A stretch of DNA of 32,000 nt from Erysipelotrichaceae bacterium OH741_COT-311 (GCA_003858585.1 RQZE01000009.1:43356-75355), one strand, 5' to 3'. Shown: positions 19,349 to 29,102, numbered from the stretch's first letter. Program-made: numbers and translations. The notes: a model not told the origin generated them from the sequence alone.

Positions 19349-20281
19349 ATGAATAAAATGAAAGTTATTTTTATGGGTACACCAGAATTCTCGGCAAATA
19401 TCTTACAAGGTTTGGTAGAATCCGGTTACAATGTTGTTGCTGTTGTGACACAACCTGATAAAAAAGTAGGACGTAAACAAGAGATCGTGCACTCACCGGT
19501 AAAGCAATTGGCTCAAAAATTACAGATTGATGTTTTACAGCCTGTTAAAATTAAAGATGAATACAAAATGGTTTTAGATTATAAACCGGATTTAATTATT
19601 ACATGTGCCTATGGACAATTTATACCTAATGTCATCTTAGAATTTCCAATGCATAAGTGCATTAATGTTCATGCTTCTTTGTTGCCGAAATATCGTGGAG
19701 GAGCACCGATTCATAAAGCCATTATCAACGGTGATCAAACAACAGGCATTACTATTATGCATATGATAGCGAAGATGGATGCCGGTGATATACTTGCTCA
19801 AAAAGAATTGAAAATTGATCTTTATGATACAACATCCACATTATTTGAAAAGTTAAGTCATTTAGGAAAAGATTTATTATTAGAAATGTTGCCGAAGTAT
19901 TTAAATCATGAAATTAAACCGATACCGCAAGAAGAGTCCTTGGTAACGTATGCATACAATATTAGTAAGGAAGAAGAGTTTGTTTCTTTTCATCGTAACG
20001 CATTCGATGTTTATAACCATATTCGTGGTTTAATTCTTTGGCCAATTGGCTATGGTAGTATTGAAGAAAAACAGATTAAGCTACATCAAGTAGAACTAAC
20101 ATCTCTTTCCTTTCAGCAGCCATGTGGAACGTTAATCTATCAAGACAGAAAATTATATGTTCAATGCTTGGATTATGCAGTTATGTTGCAAAAAATACAG
20201 GTGGTGGGAAAACAAGTGGTATCAGCGATGGATTTTTATAATGGTATAGGTAGAACACTCGTAGGGAAACAATTTAAGTAG
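19349..20281 (+). CDS. fmt: Methionyl-tRNA formyltransferase
   Basis: N-terminus KVIFMGTPEFS, the formyltransferase motif HASLLPKYRGGAPI, and a C-terminal tRNA-binding domain. I chose ATG 19349, 5 nt after GGTGA. ATG 19358 is also possible. Confidence 0.92.
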   Translation: MNKMKVIFMGTPEFSANILQGLVESGYNVVAVVTQPDKKVGRKQEIVHSPVKQLAQKLQIDVLQPVKIKDEYKMVLDYKPDLIITCAYGQFIPNVILEFPMHKCINVHASLLPKYRGGAPIHKAIINGDQTTGITIMHMIAKMDAGDILAQKELKIDLYDTTSTLFEKLSHLGKDLLLEMLPKYLNHEIKPIPQEESLVTYAYNISKEEEFVSFHRNAFDVYNHIRGLILWPIGYGSIEEKQIKLHQVELTSLSFQQPCGTLIYQDRKLYVQCLDYAVMLQKIQVVGKQVVSAMDFYNGIGRTLVGKQFK

Positions 20282-20300
20282 TGTATAAGGGGGATTGTAT

Positions 20301-21014
20301 ATGAAAATAAAACGCAGATTAAAAAAATCAGTGTATAACTTGATTATTGTGGTATTAATAGCTATGCTTGGTTATTCCGTATTTAATTTAGCTAAAATTT
20401 ATTTTGATGGGGTTAATGCGAAAAGTAGTGCTAAAAAAATACAAGAAATAAAATATGAAAAAGCAGTTGCGAAAAGTGAAGAAACACCTGTCAAATCTTT
20501 AAAAGAGATTAATGAAGATTATATTGGTTGGATAAAAATTGATGATACAATTATTGATTATCCAATTGTTCAAACAACAAATAATGATTATTACTTGAAT
20601 CATTCTTTTGAAAAGGAACATACAAAATATGGAGCAATCTTTGCTGATTATCGTAGTGATTTATCAATGAAAAATAATTTTATTATCTATGGTCATTATA
20701 TGCAAGATGGTCAAATGTTTGGTGCTTTACATAAATATAAGAATCAAGAGTTTTTAAAAAATCATGATGTTATAAATCTTGAAATTAATAATCAAACTTA
20801 TACATATCGTGTCAAAATTGTTGCGTATATGGATTTAGAAAAAGAGGGAGCTTTTGACTACACGGATTTAAGTGTTGGCATGAACACTTACAATGAGTTG
20901 GTTAAGCCATTTGCCAGCTATTATGAGCCGGTAACAGATAATGTTTTAATCTTATCGACTTGTGCTAGTTATACGGATGATACAAGATTATTTGTGGTAC
21001 TACAACAAGAATAA
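20301..21014 (+). CDS. srtB: Class B sortase
   Basis: N-terminal TM anchor and the SrtB signature [31 protein letters not shown]. Catalytic His (IIYGHYM), Cys (LILSTCASY) and Arg (TRLFVV) are present. The ATG lies 6 nt after AAGGGGGA. Confidence 0.88.
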   Translation: MKIKRRLKKSVYNLIIVVLIAMLGYSVFNLAKIYFDGVNAKSSAKKIQEIKYEKAVAKSEETPVKSLKEINEDYIGWIKIDDTIIDYPIVQTTNNDYYLNHSFEKEHTKYGAIFADYRSDLSMKNNFIIYGHYMQDGQMFGALHKYKNQEFLKNHDVINLEINNQTYTYRVKIVAYMDLEKEGAFDYTDLSVGMNTYNELVKPFASYYEPVTDNVLILSTCASYTDDTRLFVVLQQE

Positions 21015-21040
21015 AGAAGTCACAGACTTCTTTTATTTAT
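21013..21040 (+). terminator. Rho-independent terminator after srtB
   Basis: 9-bp stem AAAGAAGTC (21013-21021) / GACTTCTTT (21025-21033) with an ACA loop, followed by a T-rich tail. Confidence 0.72.
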
Positions 21041-21043
21041 AGC

Positions 21044-21072
21044 TTGGTAAGAGATTTATTTTTTGATATAAT
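21044..21072 (+). promoter_or_regulatory. Candidate sigma-A promoter for lepA (TTGGTA-17 nt-TGaTATAAT)
   Basis: -35 TTGGTA at 21044-21049, a 17-nt spacer ending with TG at 21064-21065, and consensus -10 TATAAT at 21067-21072. Confidence 0.6.
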
Positions 21073-21094
21073 ACATAGTTACTGGAGGATATTT

Positions 21095-22897
21095 ATGGAT
21101 CAAAGTAAAATTCGCAATTTTTCAATTATTGCACATATCGATCATGGTAAATCAACACTAGCTGATCGTATTTTAGAGGTAACTAATACAGTTACATCAA
21201 GAGAAATGATGTCACAACTTTTAGATCAGTTGGATTTAGAGCGTGAACGTGGTATTACAATTAAGTTAAACGCGGTTCAGTTGAAATACCATGCCAAAGA
21301 TGGTCAAGACTACATATTACATTTAATTGATACTCCAGGTCATGTCGATTTTACTTATGAAGTGTCAAGATCGCTTGCTGCATGTGAAGGGGCTGTTTTA
21401 GTTGTGGATGCTGCTCAAGGTATTGAAGCCCAAACGCTTGCCAATGTGTATTTAGCGCTTGATAATGATTTAGAAATTGTGCCAGTTATCAATAAAATTG
21501 ATTTGCCAAGTGCAGATCCCGAACGAGTAAAACACGAAGTTGAACATGTTATAGGTTTGGATTGCAGTGAAGCACCTTTAATCAGTGCCAAAAATGGTTT
21601 AAATATTATTGATGTGTTAGAAAGTGTTGTCAAGAATATACCAAGTCCAAAAGGCAATGTAAATGATCCACTGCAAGCCTTGGTATTTGATAGTTTATAT
21701 GATACTTATCGTGGTGTTATTGTATTTGTCTGTGTAAAAAATGGGAAAATAAAAGTAGGCGATAAAATTAAGTTTATGGCAACGAATGCGGAATATGAAG
21801 TAATAGAGTGTGGTATACGTACCCCAAAAGAAATAAAAAAAGATTGCTTGTTGACAGGAGAAGTAGGATGGTTTGCTGCTTCGATTAAGTCTATTCAAGA
21901 TGTTCATGTAGGGGATACGGTTACCAATAGTTTAAAGCATGCTCAAGAGCCTCTTGCTGGTTATCGTAAGATGAATCCAATGGTATATTGCGGATTATAT
22001 CCAACGGATAATAATCGTTATAACGATTTAAGGGAAGCGTTAGAGAAGTTGCAACTAAATGATGCATCGTTACAGTTTGAAGCGGAAACTTCACAAGCAT
22101 TGGGGTTTGGATTTCGCTGTGGATTTTTAGGTTTATTACACATGGATGTAATTCAAGAGCGTTTAGAGCGTGAATATAATTTAACGTTAATTGCAACTGC
22201 ACCTTCTGTTATCTATCATTGTTATTTGACAGATCAAACAATGATTATGATAGATAACCCAGCACATTTACCACCTGCTCAGAATATTGAACGTTTAGAA
22301 GAACCCTATGTAAAAGCGAGTATTATTGTTCCACCAGATTATGTTGGTGCAGTAATGGAATTATCACAGGCAAAACGTGGTATTTATATGGATATGCATT
22401 ATATTGATGATACACGAAATCAAATTGTTTATGAAATACCGTTGGCAGAAATTGTATATGAATACTTTGATAAATTGAAAAGTGTTACCAAAGGGTATGC
22501 TTCTTTGGATTATGAATTAGTAGGTTATCGTCCAAGTAAATTGGTAAAGATGGATATCTTGTTAAATGGAGAAAGTGTTGATGCTTTAAGTATTATTGTA
22601 CATCGTGATTTTGCTTATAAGCGTGGCAGTGCAATTACAAGTAAATTAAAGGAATTGATTCCGATGCAACAGTTTGAAATTCCTGTTCAAGCTGCTATTG
22701 GTGGTAAAGTGATTGCACGAACAAACATTAAATCGTTAAGAAAAAATGTTCTTGCCAAATGTTATGGTGGAGATATTTCACGTAAAAAGAAACTGTTAGA
22801 AAAACAAAAAGAAGGTAAAAAGCGTATGAAAGCAGTGGGAAGCGTTGAAATTCCACAAGAAGCATTTATGGCTGTTTTATCAATGGAAGAAGATTAA
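21095..22897 (+). CDS. lepA: Elongation factor 4 (LepA)
   Basis: [26 protein letters not shown] and NKIDL motifs plus the LepA-specific C-terminal domain. I place the start at ATG 21095, 6 nt after GGAGG. The ORF-track extension from 21044 covers the promoter. Confidence 0.96.
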   Translation: MDQSKIRNFSIIAHIDHGKSTLADRILEVTNTVTSREMMSQLLDQLDLERERGITIKLNAVQLKYHAKDGQDYILHLIDTPGHVDFTYEVSRSLAACEGAVLVVDAAQGIEAQTLANVYLALDNDLEIVPVINKIDLPSADPERVKHEVEHVIGLDCSEAPLISAKNGLNIIDVLESVVKNIPSPKGNVNDPLQALVFDSLYDTYRGVIVFVCVKNGKIKVGDKIKFMATNAEYEVIECGIRTPKEIKKDCLLTGEVGWFAASIKSIQDVHVGDTVTNSLKHAQEPLAGYRKMNPMVYCGLYPTDNNRYNDLREALEKLQLNDASLQFEAETSQALGFGFRCGFLGLLHMDVIQERLEREYNLTLIATAPSVIYHCYLTDQTMIMIDNPAHLPPAQNIERLEEPYVKASIIVPPDYVGAVMELSQAKRGIYMDMHYIDDTRNQIVYEIPLAEIVYEYFDKLKSVTKGYASLDYELVGYRPSKLVKMDILLNGESVDALSIIVHRDFAYKRGSAITSKLKELIPMQQFEIPVQAAIGGKVIARTNIKSLRKNVLAKCYGGDISRKKKLLEKQKEGKKRMKAVGSVEIPQEAFMAVLSMEED

Positions 22898-22903
22898 AAA
22901 TTC

Positions 22904-23995
22904 ATGGTTGAGCATTTATATCTCCATGTTCCATTTTGTAATAAAATTTGTAGTTACTGTGATTTTGCTAAAACAGGCTATCAGGAACGATTAGTAGAGA
23001 AATGGCTTAAGGTTGTTGCAAAGGAACTAGAAGAGCGTGTTTTTGATACGGAATTAGCCACGATTTATATTGGTGGAGGTACACCAAGCAGTTTAAGTGT
23101 TCAACAATTAGAAGCACTGCTTCTTCTTTTAAAGCCTTATACTAAAAAAATCAAAGAATATACGATAGAAGCAAATCCGGAATCTTTAAGTATAGATAAG
23201 TTATATATATTAAAAAGCTATGGCATCAATCGTATTAGTCTGGGTGTACAATCTACCCATCAAGAGTTATTAGATATGATGAATCGATCACATTGTTATA
23301 CAGATGTAAAAGAAGTGATTGCTCATTGTATTCAAGTGGGAATTTGTAATATCAGTGTTGATCTTATGTATTCTTTACCGAATCAAACTATGCAACAATG
23401 GGAAGAAACATTATATGATATTGTTCAATTGCCAATTACGCATATCTCTTTGTATAGTTTAACGATTGAAGATAATACGGTTTTTAAAAAGAAACAGTAT
23501 GAAAGCTTACCGATTGAAATGGAAACAAAAATGTATCAAAAAGCAATTCATATCTGTACCCAATACGGATTTATACATTATGAAATTAGTAATTTTGCTA
23601 AAGATGGTAAAGAATCTTTACATAATAAAGCGTATTGGAAGTACAAAGATTTTTATGGAATATCACTTGGTGCCAGTGGTAAGATTCAACAGCAACGCTA
23701 TGATAATACTCGTAACTTTAAATCATACTTAAATCATGAATACATTCAAACATCGTATCAGGAAGATGAAAAAGAGGTTATGTTCAATATGATTATGATG
23801 TCTTTACGAATGAAAGAAGGTCTATCTTTAAGTGAATTTAAACGTGTATTTCAAAAGGATATTATGGATGTATATCAAAAACCATTACAAAAATTATTAG
23901 AGTTAAAGTATTTAGTCATTGAGAATCAATATTTAAAGTGTCAAAAGGACAGCTTCCTTTTTCTACATGATATTTTAATTGAATTTCTTGATTAA
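22904..23995 (+). CDS. hemW: Radical SAM heme chaperone HemW (formerly annotated as HemN-like oxygen-independent coproporphyrinogen oxidase)
   Basis: CxxxCxxC cluster motif in YLHVPFCNKICSYCDF and the GGGTPS motif. The length is about 360 aa and it sits after lepA as in Bacillus. Confidence 0.88.
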   Translation: MVEHLYLHVPFCNKICSYCDFAKTGYQERLVEKWLKVVAKELEERVFDTELATIYIGGGTPSSLSVQQLEALLLLLKPYTKKIKEYTIEANPESLSIDKLYILKSYGINRISLGVQSTHQELLDMMNRSHCYTDVKEVIAHCIQVGICNISVDLMYSLPNQTMQQWEETLYDIVQLPITHISLYSLTIEDNTVFKKKQYESLPIEMETKMYQKAIHICTQYGFIHYEISNFAKDGKESLHNKAYWKYKDFYGISLGASGKIQQQRYDNTRNFKSYLNHEYIQTSYQEDEKEVMFNMIMMSLRMKEGLSLSEFKRVFQKDIMDVYQKPLQKLLELKYLVIENQYLKCQKDSFLFLHDILIEFLD

Positions 23996-24016
23996 TTTTA
24001 CAATAAGTGCTATTAT
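23988..24016 (+). promoter_or_regulatory. Candidate rpsO promoter (TTGATT-17 nt-TGcTATTAT)
   Basis: -35 TTGATT at 23988-23993 overlaps the hemW stop. The spacer is 17 nt with TG at 24008-24009, and the -10 TATTAT is at 24011-24016. Confidence 0.45.
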
Positions 24017-24095
24017 AATAAAGATTTTAATCTAAGTTTTAGGAAGTTCCAACCTTTTACTTGGTTTATTAGGTCAATATTTAGGAGGAAACAAT

Positions 24096-24362
24096 ATGTT
24101 AACAAAAGCTGAAAAAACAGCCATCATCAATGAATACGCAAGAGGTACGAATGATACTGGTTCAGTAGAAGTACAAGTTGCAGTATTAACTGCTCAAATC
24201 AACCGTTTAACGGAACATTTAAAAGAACATAAGAAAGACTATCATTCAACACGTGGTTTGATGAAAATGGTAGGACGTCGTAAAAATTTCTTAGCTTATT
24301 TACGTGATAAAGATATAAATAGATACCGTGAATTAGTTCAAAGATTAGGATTAAGAAAGTAG
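24096..24362 (+). CDS. rpsO: 30S ribosomal protein S15
   Basis: The 88-aa protein has a typical S15 pattern (TGS.EVQ.A.LT..I..LT.H...HK.D.HS.RGL..MVG.R...L.YL). An AGGAGG SD is present. Confidence 0.96.
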   Translation: MLTKAEKTAIINEYARGTNDTGSVEVQVAVLTAQINRLTEHLKEHKKDYHSTRGLMKMVGRRKNFLAYLRDKDINRYRELVQRLGLRK

Positions 24363-24366
24363 TTGA

Positions 24367-24390
24367 AATGAGCATTTGCTCATTTTTTAT
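24367..24390 (+). terminator. Rho-independent terminator after rpsO
   Basis: 7-bp stem AATGAGC (24367-24373) / GCTCATT (24378-24384) with an ATTT loop, followed by TTTTTAT. Confidence 0.75.
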
Positions 24391-24417
24391 TTAATAGAAT
24401 TAAATATATTATATAGA

Positions 24418-24446
24418 TTTACAATTCATACTATTAAGAGTATATT
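24418..24446 (+). promoter_or_regulatory. Candidate promoter of the TetR-ABC operon (TTTACA-17 nt-TATATT)
   Basis: -35 TTTACA at 24418-24423, an exact 17-nt spacer, and -10 TATATT at 24441-24446, 22 nt upstream of the TetR ATG. The background is AT-rich, so a chance match is possible. Confidence 0.4.
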
Positions 24447-24467
24447 ATAGATATAGTAGAGGTAGAA

Positions 24468-25067
24468 ATGGTACAAGTACTGAAAGCAGATGTAAAAGAT
24501 AGTATTGTAAAAGCAGCCAAGAAAGAAATATTAAAAAATGGATTTGATAAGTTTCGTATGCGTAATATTGCAGATGGAGCTTCGATGACGGTAGGTAATT
24601 TATATCGATATTATAAAAATAAAGATGAATTATTAAAACATATTTTAGAAGATGCTTATCATTTAATTAACACAGTGTTAAAACGATATAATATGGAAAT
24701 CATTGATTTTGAACATAAACAGATAGATGAAAAACTTATTTTACTTAAAGATTTCATTCTAACTGTTAGCTATGATATTTGTAGTTTATGGCAAAATCAT
24801 CGACTGGAAATGCAAATTATGATTAATGATGAAACATACGTAAAACGTATTATAAATTGGACAATCATATTACTAAAAAAAGTTAATAAACATTTTAGTT
24901 GTAACTTGAAGAGTGACTTATATATTCAAATGAGTGCAATTGCGATTTATGAAGGATTGAAATATGCATTTTTTCATGCGGATTCTTATGATGAATTAAG
25001 AGAAATTTCACTTTATTATTTAAAAGAGAATTTCTCAAAATTTATGGACGTTAAGGGAGTTCTATGA
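24468..25067 (+). CDS. TetR/AcrR-family transcriptional regulator
   Basis: The N-terminal HTH pattern F.KFRMRNIADGASMTVGNLYRYYKNKDELL is typical of TetR_N. The rest is an all-helical ligand domain of about 200 aa total. There is an ATGA overlap with the ATPase gene. Confidence 0.8.
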   Translation: MVQVLKADVKDSIVKAAKKEILKNGFDKFRMRNIADGASMTVGNLYRYYKNKDELLKHILEDAYHLINTVLKRYNMEIIDFEHKQIDEKLILLKDFILTVSYDICSLWQNHRLEMQIMINDETYVKRIINWTIILLKKVNKHFSCNLKSDLYIQMSAIAIYEGLKYAFFHADSYDELREISLYYLKENFSKFMDVKGVL

Positions 25068-25765
25068 GTTTTATTGAGTTTAAACATGTAAAAAAACAGT
25101 ATCGTAATGGAGAAGTAGATATTTATGCGTTGGAGGATATCTCTTTTTCTATTGAAAAAGGGGAATTGGTTGTGATTGCCGGAGCCAGTGGTGCAGGTAA
25201 AAGTACGATTTTAAATATCCTTGGCGGGATGGATAATGTTACTTCTGGTAGTGTAGTGGTTGACCAGCAAGAGATATCAAACAAGACGGACTTTGAACTT
25301 ACTAAATATCGTCGTTATGACATAGGTTTTGTATTTCAATTTTATAATTTAGTAGGAAATTTGACGGCAAAAGAAAACGTTGAATTAGCTTGTCAACTTT
25401 CTAAAGATAGTTTGGATATCGATCACGTTTTAGATCGAGTGCAACTTTCTATGCGAAAATCGCATTTTCCTAGTCAATTATCCGGTGGAGAACAACAACG
25501 TGTTGCTATTGCAAGAGCTTTAGCGAAGAATCCTAAATTGTTGTTATGTGATGAACCTACCGGAGCTTTGGATTATCAAACCGGAAAGGCTATTTTAAAA
25601 CTGTTACAAGAAACTTGTCGTAAATATAATATGACTGTTGTGATTATTACTCATAATTTGGCTTTATGCCCAATTGCAGATAAAGTTATTAAAGTAAAGA
25701 GTGGACGTATAGAATCTGTAGTTGAAAATATAAATCCAATGTCAATAGATGATATTGAGTGGTAG
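25064..25765 (+). CDS. ABC transporter ATP-binding protein, MacB/LolD (FtsE-like) type
   Basis: Walker [11 protein letters not shown]-loop, signature [15 protein letters not shown], Walker [13 protein letters not shown] and H-loop ITHN. Confidence 0.93.
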   Translation: MSFIEFKHVKKQYRNGEVDIYALEDISFSIEKGELVVIAGASGAGKSTILNILGGMDNVTSGSVVVDQQEISNKTDFELTKYRRYDIGFVFQFYNLVGNLTAKENVELACQLSKDSLDIDHVLDRVQLSMRKSHFPSQLSGGEQQRVAIARALAKNPKLLLCDEPTGALDYQTGKAILKLLQETCRKYNMTVVIITHNLALCPIADKVIKVKSGRIESVVENINPMSIDDIEW

Positions 25766-25766
25766 T

Positions 25767-28700
25767 ATGAAAAAAATAATATTAAAAAATACCATTCGGA
25801 CAATTATAAAAACAAAATCGCGTTTTTTATCGATACTTTTTATTGTGCTTATAGGCGTAAGTTTTTATAGTGGAATCCATATGACAAGCTATATTATGAA
25901 ACATTCGGTAGATGTTTACTATAAAGAAAACAATATGATGGATTATCAAATTGTATCAAACTATGGACTGCTAAAAGAAGATGTAAAAGCGTTAGAACGT
26001 ATAAAAAATTTAAAGGTATTACCTGGCTATAGTGTGGATACACATATTATTAAGCATAAGAAACATATTCCAAGTAAAATCATCAGTATTGATATTTTGA
26101 AACAACAAAATGTTATTAATCAGTTAAGTGTTGTACAAGGACGTTTACCGCAACAGTTAAATGAGATTGTTTTATTAGATAGTGTACTAAAAGATGGTTC
26201 TTTTCATCTTGAAGATTATGTATATTTACCTCAAGATTCTTTTTATGAAACTTCTTATCAGGTGGTTGGTTTTGTAAGATCACCAGAATTTATATCAAAA
26301 GTAAAAGGAAAAAATATTGATGGCTTGGATATTGAAGTAGTTGGATATATTGATGCCGCAAACTTTAAAAGTGAAGTGTATCATTTTATTAATGTAACAG
26401 TGGAGGGGAGTGAAGATTTCAATAGTTTTGATACAGCATATTTTAATTTTTTGAAACCTTATACAAATCAAATAAAAGAATTAGGATATAAACAAGCTGA
26501 AAGTAGAAAAGAAGATATTGTTGTAAAGGCAAATGAAACATTAGAAAACGCAAAGAAAGAATATGAATCGCAAAAGAATATTTATAAAGAAGAAATAGAG
26601 AAAGCAAAACAAAAGATTGAAGAAGCAAAACGTGAAATTCTGTTAAATGAATCTAAGGTCGAAGCTGGTAAACTTGTTTTAGAAAGTACTACACAGGCTT
26701 CTATGCTTCAAATAGAGTTTTTTGAGAAGCAAGTTCTTGAATTGCAACAACAATGGAATAGCTATGAAAATAATTTTAAACAACAAAATAATGAAGTATT
26801 AAAACAAAAAGATCGATTGCATAATGAAAATAAACAGTTAACAGAACGTTTAAATGAACTGGAGCCTAGGCATAATGAAGTTCAGTTAAAAGTGGATGCT
26901 TTAAGGCAGGAGATTGATAGTATTCATACTCAAATGAAAGATATTAATCAACAACTAAATGATTCATCTTTAACTGAAGAAGAAAAAGCAGCACTGAGAT
27001 TGCAGTTGTTGGATTTAAATGCCGAGCTTACTGCAAAGTCTTTGGAACTAACAACACTACAGTTAGATAGTAACTACTTAGAATATAAACAAATCCAAAT
27101 CCAAATCCAAACCAATTTACAAACAATAAAACTGATTGATGATGGATTAAAAAGTGCAAAGGAAACACTTGAACAACTTCAAGGACAACTTCAAACAGCA
27201 AAAAACAAAGTGGAACAAGCAAAAGAAGATCTCGTGATAAGAAAGACGCAAGGAGAAAAAGAACTTACTAGCGCTAAAAGTTCTATTGAACATGCTAAAA
27301 AGGAACTTTCCAAGGCTCAAGCAGAGGTATTAAAAAATGAGTTGGATGGTCAAGAAAAATTAAGAGATGCTTTGGATCAAATTACAGTAGCCGAAGAAAA
27401 AATCAAAGCGATTGAAGATGTAACTTGGTTTGTTTTAGATCGAGGGAAACAATATAGTTATAAAGATTATGAAAGTGCAACAATTCGAATGGAAAAAATT
27501 GCAATGATTTTTCCGGTATTCTTCTTTCTGATTGCTGCATTAGTCACATTAACAACCATGACACGTTTGATTGAAGAATCAAGGGTGGAAATTGGAACTT
27601 TAAAATCGTTGGGATGTGGGTTTTCTTCTATCGCTTTTAAATATATTTTTTATGGATTATCAGCTACATGTATTGGTTCAATCATGGGATTAATTATAGG
27701 TGTTTTTTCTATCCCAAGTGTTATTTATCATTCGTGGAAACTGGAATATCTTTTGCCTAGCATTAAATATATGATAGATATAAACATTATTTTTATTACT
27801 GTGATTTTATCGTTAACTGTTATTCTTATAACGATTCTTTTATCTATCTATAAAGAGTTGATTGAAAAACCGGCAAATCTTTTAAGACCAAAACAAGGAA
27901 TTAAAGCAAAAAAAATTTTATTGGAAAAAATACCACTTTTTTGGAATCCCTTAAGCTTTATTTCAAAAGTAACTATTCGTAATTTAATTCGTTATAAAAA
28001 GAAGGTAGTTATGACAATTATCGGGGTTTCTGGTTGTACGGCACTTTTAGTTTGTGGTTTTGGTATCAAAGATAGTATTCGTGATATAACAAAACTACAA
28101 TTTCAAGATATTTATCAATACAATGGAATTGTAACCTTGAAAAATGAATTAACACGTAGTGAAAAACAGAAGGTAGCTGATAAAATAAAGTCAATGCAAG
28201 GGGTACAGGATGTTACTTATATTTCGATGTTTAATGGAAAAATCAATGATGAAAACATTGATGTTATAATTGGCTATGACAATCACATTGAAGAATTTAT
28301 TCATTTTCGAAGTCGTAGCACACAACAAACAATTGATTCTTCAGAGCATGGTGTTATACTTAGTGAAAAACTTGCCAATAAATTAAATGTAAAGACACAA
28401 GATACAGTTATCTTAACCAATAAAGACTATATTGCAAAGGAGTTTACAGTTGTTGGAATTGCGGAAAATTATGTAGGACATTTTGTGTATGTAAATCCTC
28501 AAGCTTATCAAGAGCAATATCGTACATCGATACCGTATAATACTTTGTTGGTAAAGGGACAGTCTGAAAAAATATTGGATATCGTCAGTGCAATGCCAGA
28601 AGTTTTGTATGTGAATTTTTATGATCAAGCGATTGAAAATTTTAATAATATGATTCATAGTTTAAATATTGTAATTTTAATTTTAATTGTTGCATCAGCT

Positions 28701-29063
28701 GCATTGGCTTTTGTTGTAATGTACAATTTAACAAATGTAAATATTGCTGAACGTATACGTGAAATTGCAACTATTAAAGTCCTTGGATTTTATAATAAGG
28801 AAGTATATCGTTATATTTTTAATGAGAATATAATTCTTGCATTTATATCTTCACTTATAGGAATAATTGTTGGAAGTTACTTGCATCAAATTATAATACT
28901 TACTGTAGAATTGGATCAAATTATGTTTGGTAGAAAAGTTGCTTTTATGAGTTATATTTTAAGTATAATCTTAACTATTTTCTTCACTTTTTTGATCAAT
29001 GTAGTTATGAAACCAAGATTACGTGATATTGATATGGTTGAATCTTTGAAATCTGTAGAATAA
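25767..29063 (+). CDS. Fused double FtsX-domain (MacB-type, type VII) ABC permease with a coiled-coil insertion in the first extracytoplasmic domain
   Basis: The N-terminus MKKIILKNTIRTIIKTKSRFLSILF plus TM1 is typical of this family. Two hydrophobic clusters of FtsX type are present (ORF-track aa about 585-700 and about 970-1100), each preceded by a TM helix and a beta-rich extracytoplasmic domain. ORF-track aa 250-556 is K/E/Q/L-rich and heptad-like. I chose ATG 25767, just after the ATPase stop, over ATG 25749. Confidence 0.85.
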   Translation: MKKIILKNTIRTIIKTKSRFLSILFIVLIGVSFYSGIHMTSYIMKHSVDVYYKENNMMDYQIVSNYGLLKEDVKALERIKNLKVLPGYSVDTHIIKHKKHIPSKIISIDILKQQNVINQLSVVQGRLPQQLNEIVLLDSVLKDGSFHLEDYVYLPQDSFYETSYQVVGFVRSPEFISKVKGKNIDGLDIEVVGYIDAANFKSEVYHFINVTVEGSEDFNSFDTAYFNFLKPYTNQIKELGYKQAESRKEDIVVKANETLENAKKEYESQKNIYKEEIEKAKQKIEEAKREILLNESKVEAGKLVLESTTQASMLQIEFFEKQVLELQQQWNSYENNFKQQNNEVLKQKDRLHNENKQLTERLNELEPRHNEVQLKVDALRQEIDSIHTQMKDINQQLNDSSLTEEEKAALRLQLLDLNAELTAKSLELTTLQLDSNYLEYKQIQIQIQTNLQTIKLIDDGLKSAKETLEQLQGQLQTAKNKVEQAKEDLVIRKTQGEKELTSAKSSIEHAKKELSKAQAEVLKNELDGQEKLRDALDQITVAEEKIKAIEDVTWFVLDRGKQYSYKDYESATIRMEKIAMIFPVFFFLIAALVTLTTMTRLIEESRVEIGTLKSLGCGFSSIAFKYIFYGLSATCIGSIMGLIIGVFSIPSVIYHSWKLEYLLPSIKYMIDINIIFITVILSLTVILITILLSIYKELIEKPANLLRPKQGIKAKKILLEKIPLFWNPLSFISKVTIRNLIRYKKKVVMTIIGVSGCTALLVCGFGIKDSIRDITKLQFQDIYQYNGIVTLKNELTRSEKQKVADKIKSMQGVQDVTYISMFNGKINDENIDVIIGYDNHIEEFIHFRSRSTQQTIDSSEHGVILSEKLANKLNVKTQDTVILTNKDYIAKEFTVVGIAENYVGHFVYVNPQAYQEQYRTSIPYNTLLVKGQSEKILDIVSAMPEVLYVNFYDQAIENFNNMIHSLNIVILILIVASAALAFVVMYNLTNVNIAERIREIATIKVLGFYNKEVYRYIFNENIILAFISSLIGIIVGSYLHQIIILTVELDQIMFGRKVAFMSYILSIILTIFFTFLINVVMKPRLRDIDMVESLKSVE

Positions 29064-29073
29064 AGAATTCCGA

Positions 29074-29102
29074 TTGAATTATGTAAAAAAATGTGATAAA
29101 AT
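29074..29102 (+). promoter_or_regulatory. Candidate promoter (TTGAAT-17 nt-TGaTAAAAT) at the start of the long spacer
   Basis: -35 TTGAAT at 29074-29079, a 17-nt spacer ending in TG (29094-29095), and -10 TAAAAT at 29097-29102. It overlaps a small GTGAT/ATCAC hairpin that could instead be a weak terminator for the permease gene. Confidence 0.33.

Noticed and set aside
21415-22202. Three minus-strand ORFs (80, 70 and 93 aa) lie inside lepA.
   Set aside because: All three are nested antisense in lepA, with no SD sequences and no recognisable motifs.
23466-23732. An 88-aa plus-strand ORF lies in an alternative frame inside hemW.
   Set aside because: It is an out-of-frame overlap with hemW, which carries the radical-SAM motif. 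The ORF's K/I-rich product reflects AT-rich sequence.
23996-24095. The rpsO leader was examined for an S15 autoregulatory structure (pseudoknot or three-way junction).
   Set aside because: Only 4-bp complementarities were found by eye. This is not enough to support a structured element without folding or covariation analysis.
27090-27113. The hexanucleotide tandem repeat (CAAATC)x3 plus CAAACC within the permease coiled coil was considered as a phase-variation tract.
   Set aside because: The unit length is a multiple of three, so slippage would only add or remove a Gln-Ile pair (QIQIQIQ) and cannot switch the gene off. Three copies is also too few for appreciable slippage. It is probably just a heptad-compatible codon repeat.
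26443-28658. Three short minus-strand ORFs (61, 64 and 81 aa) lie inside the permease gene.
   Set aside because: They are antisense to a long CDS. Those at 26443..26628 and 27028..27222 mirror the K/E/Q-rich coiled-coil codons.
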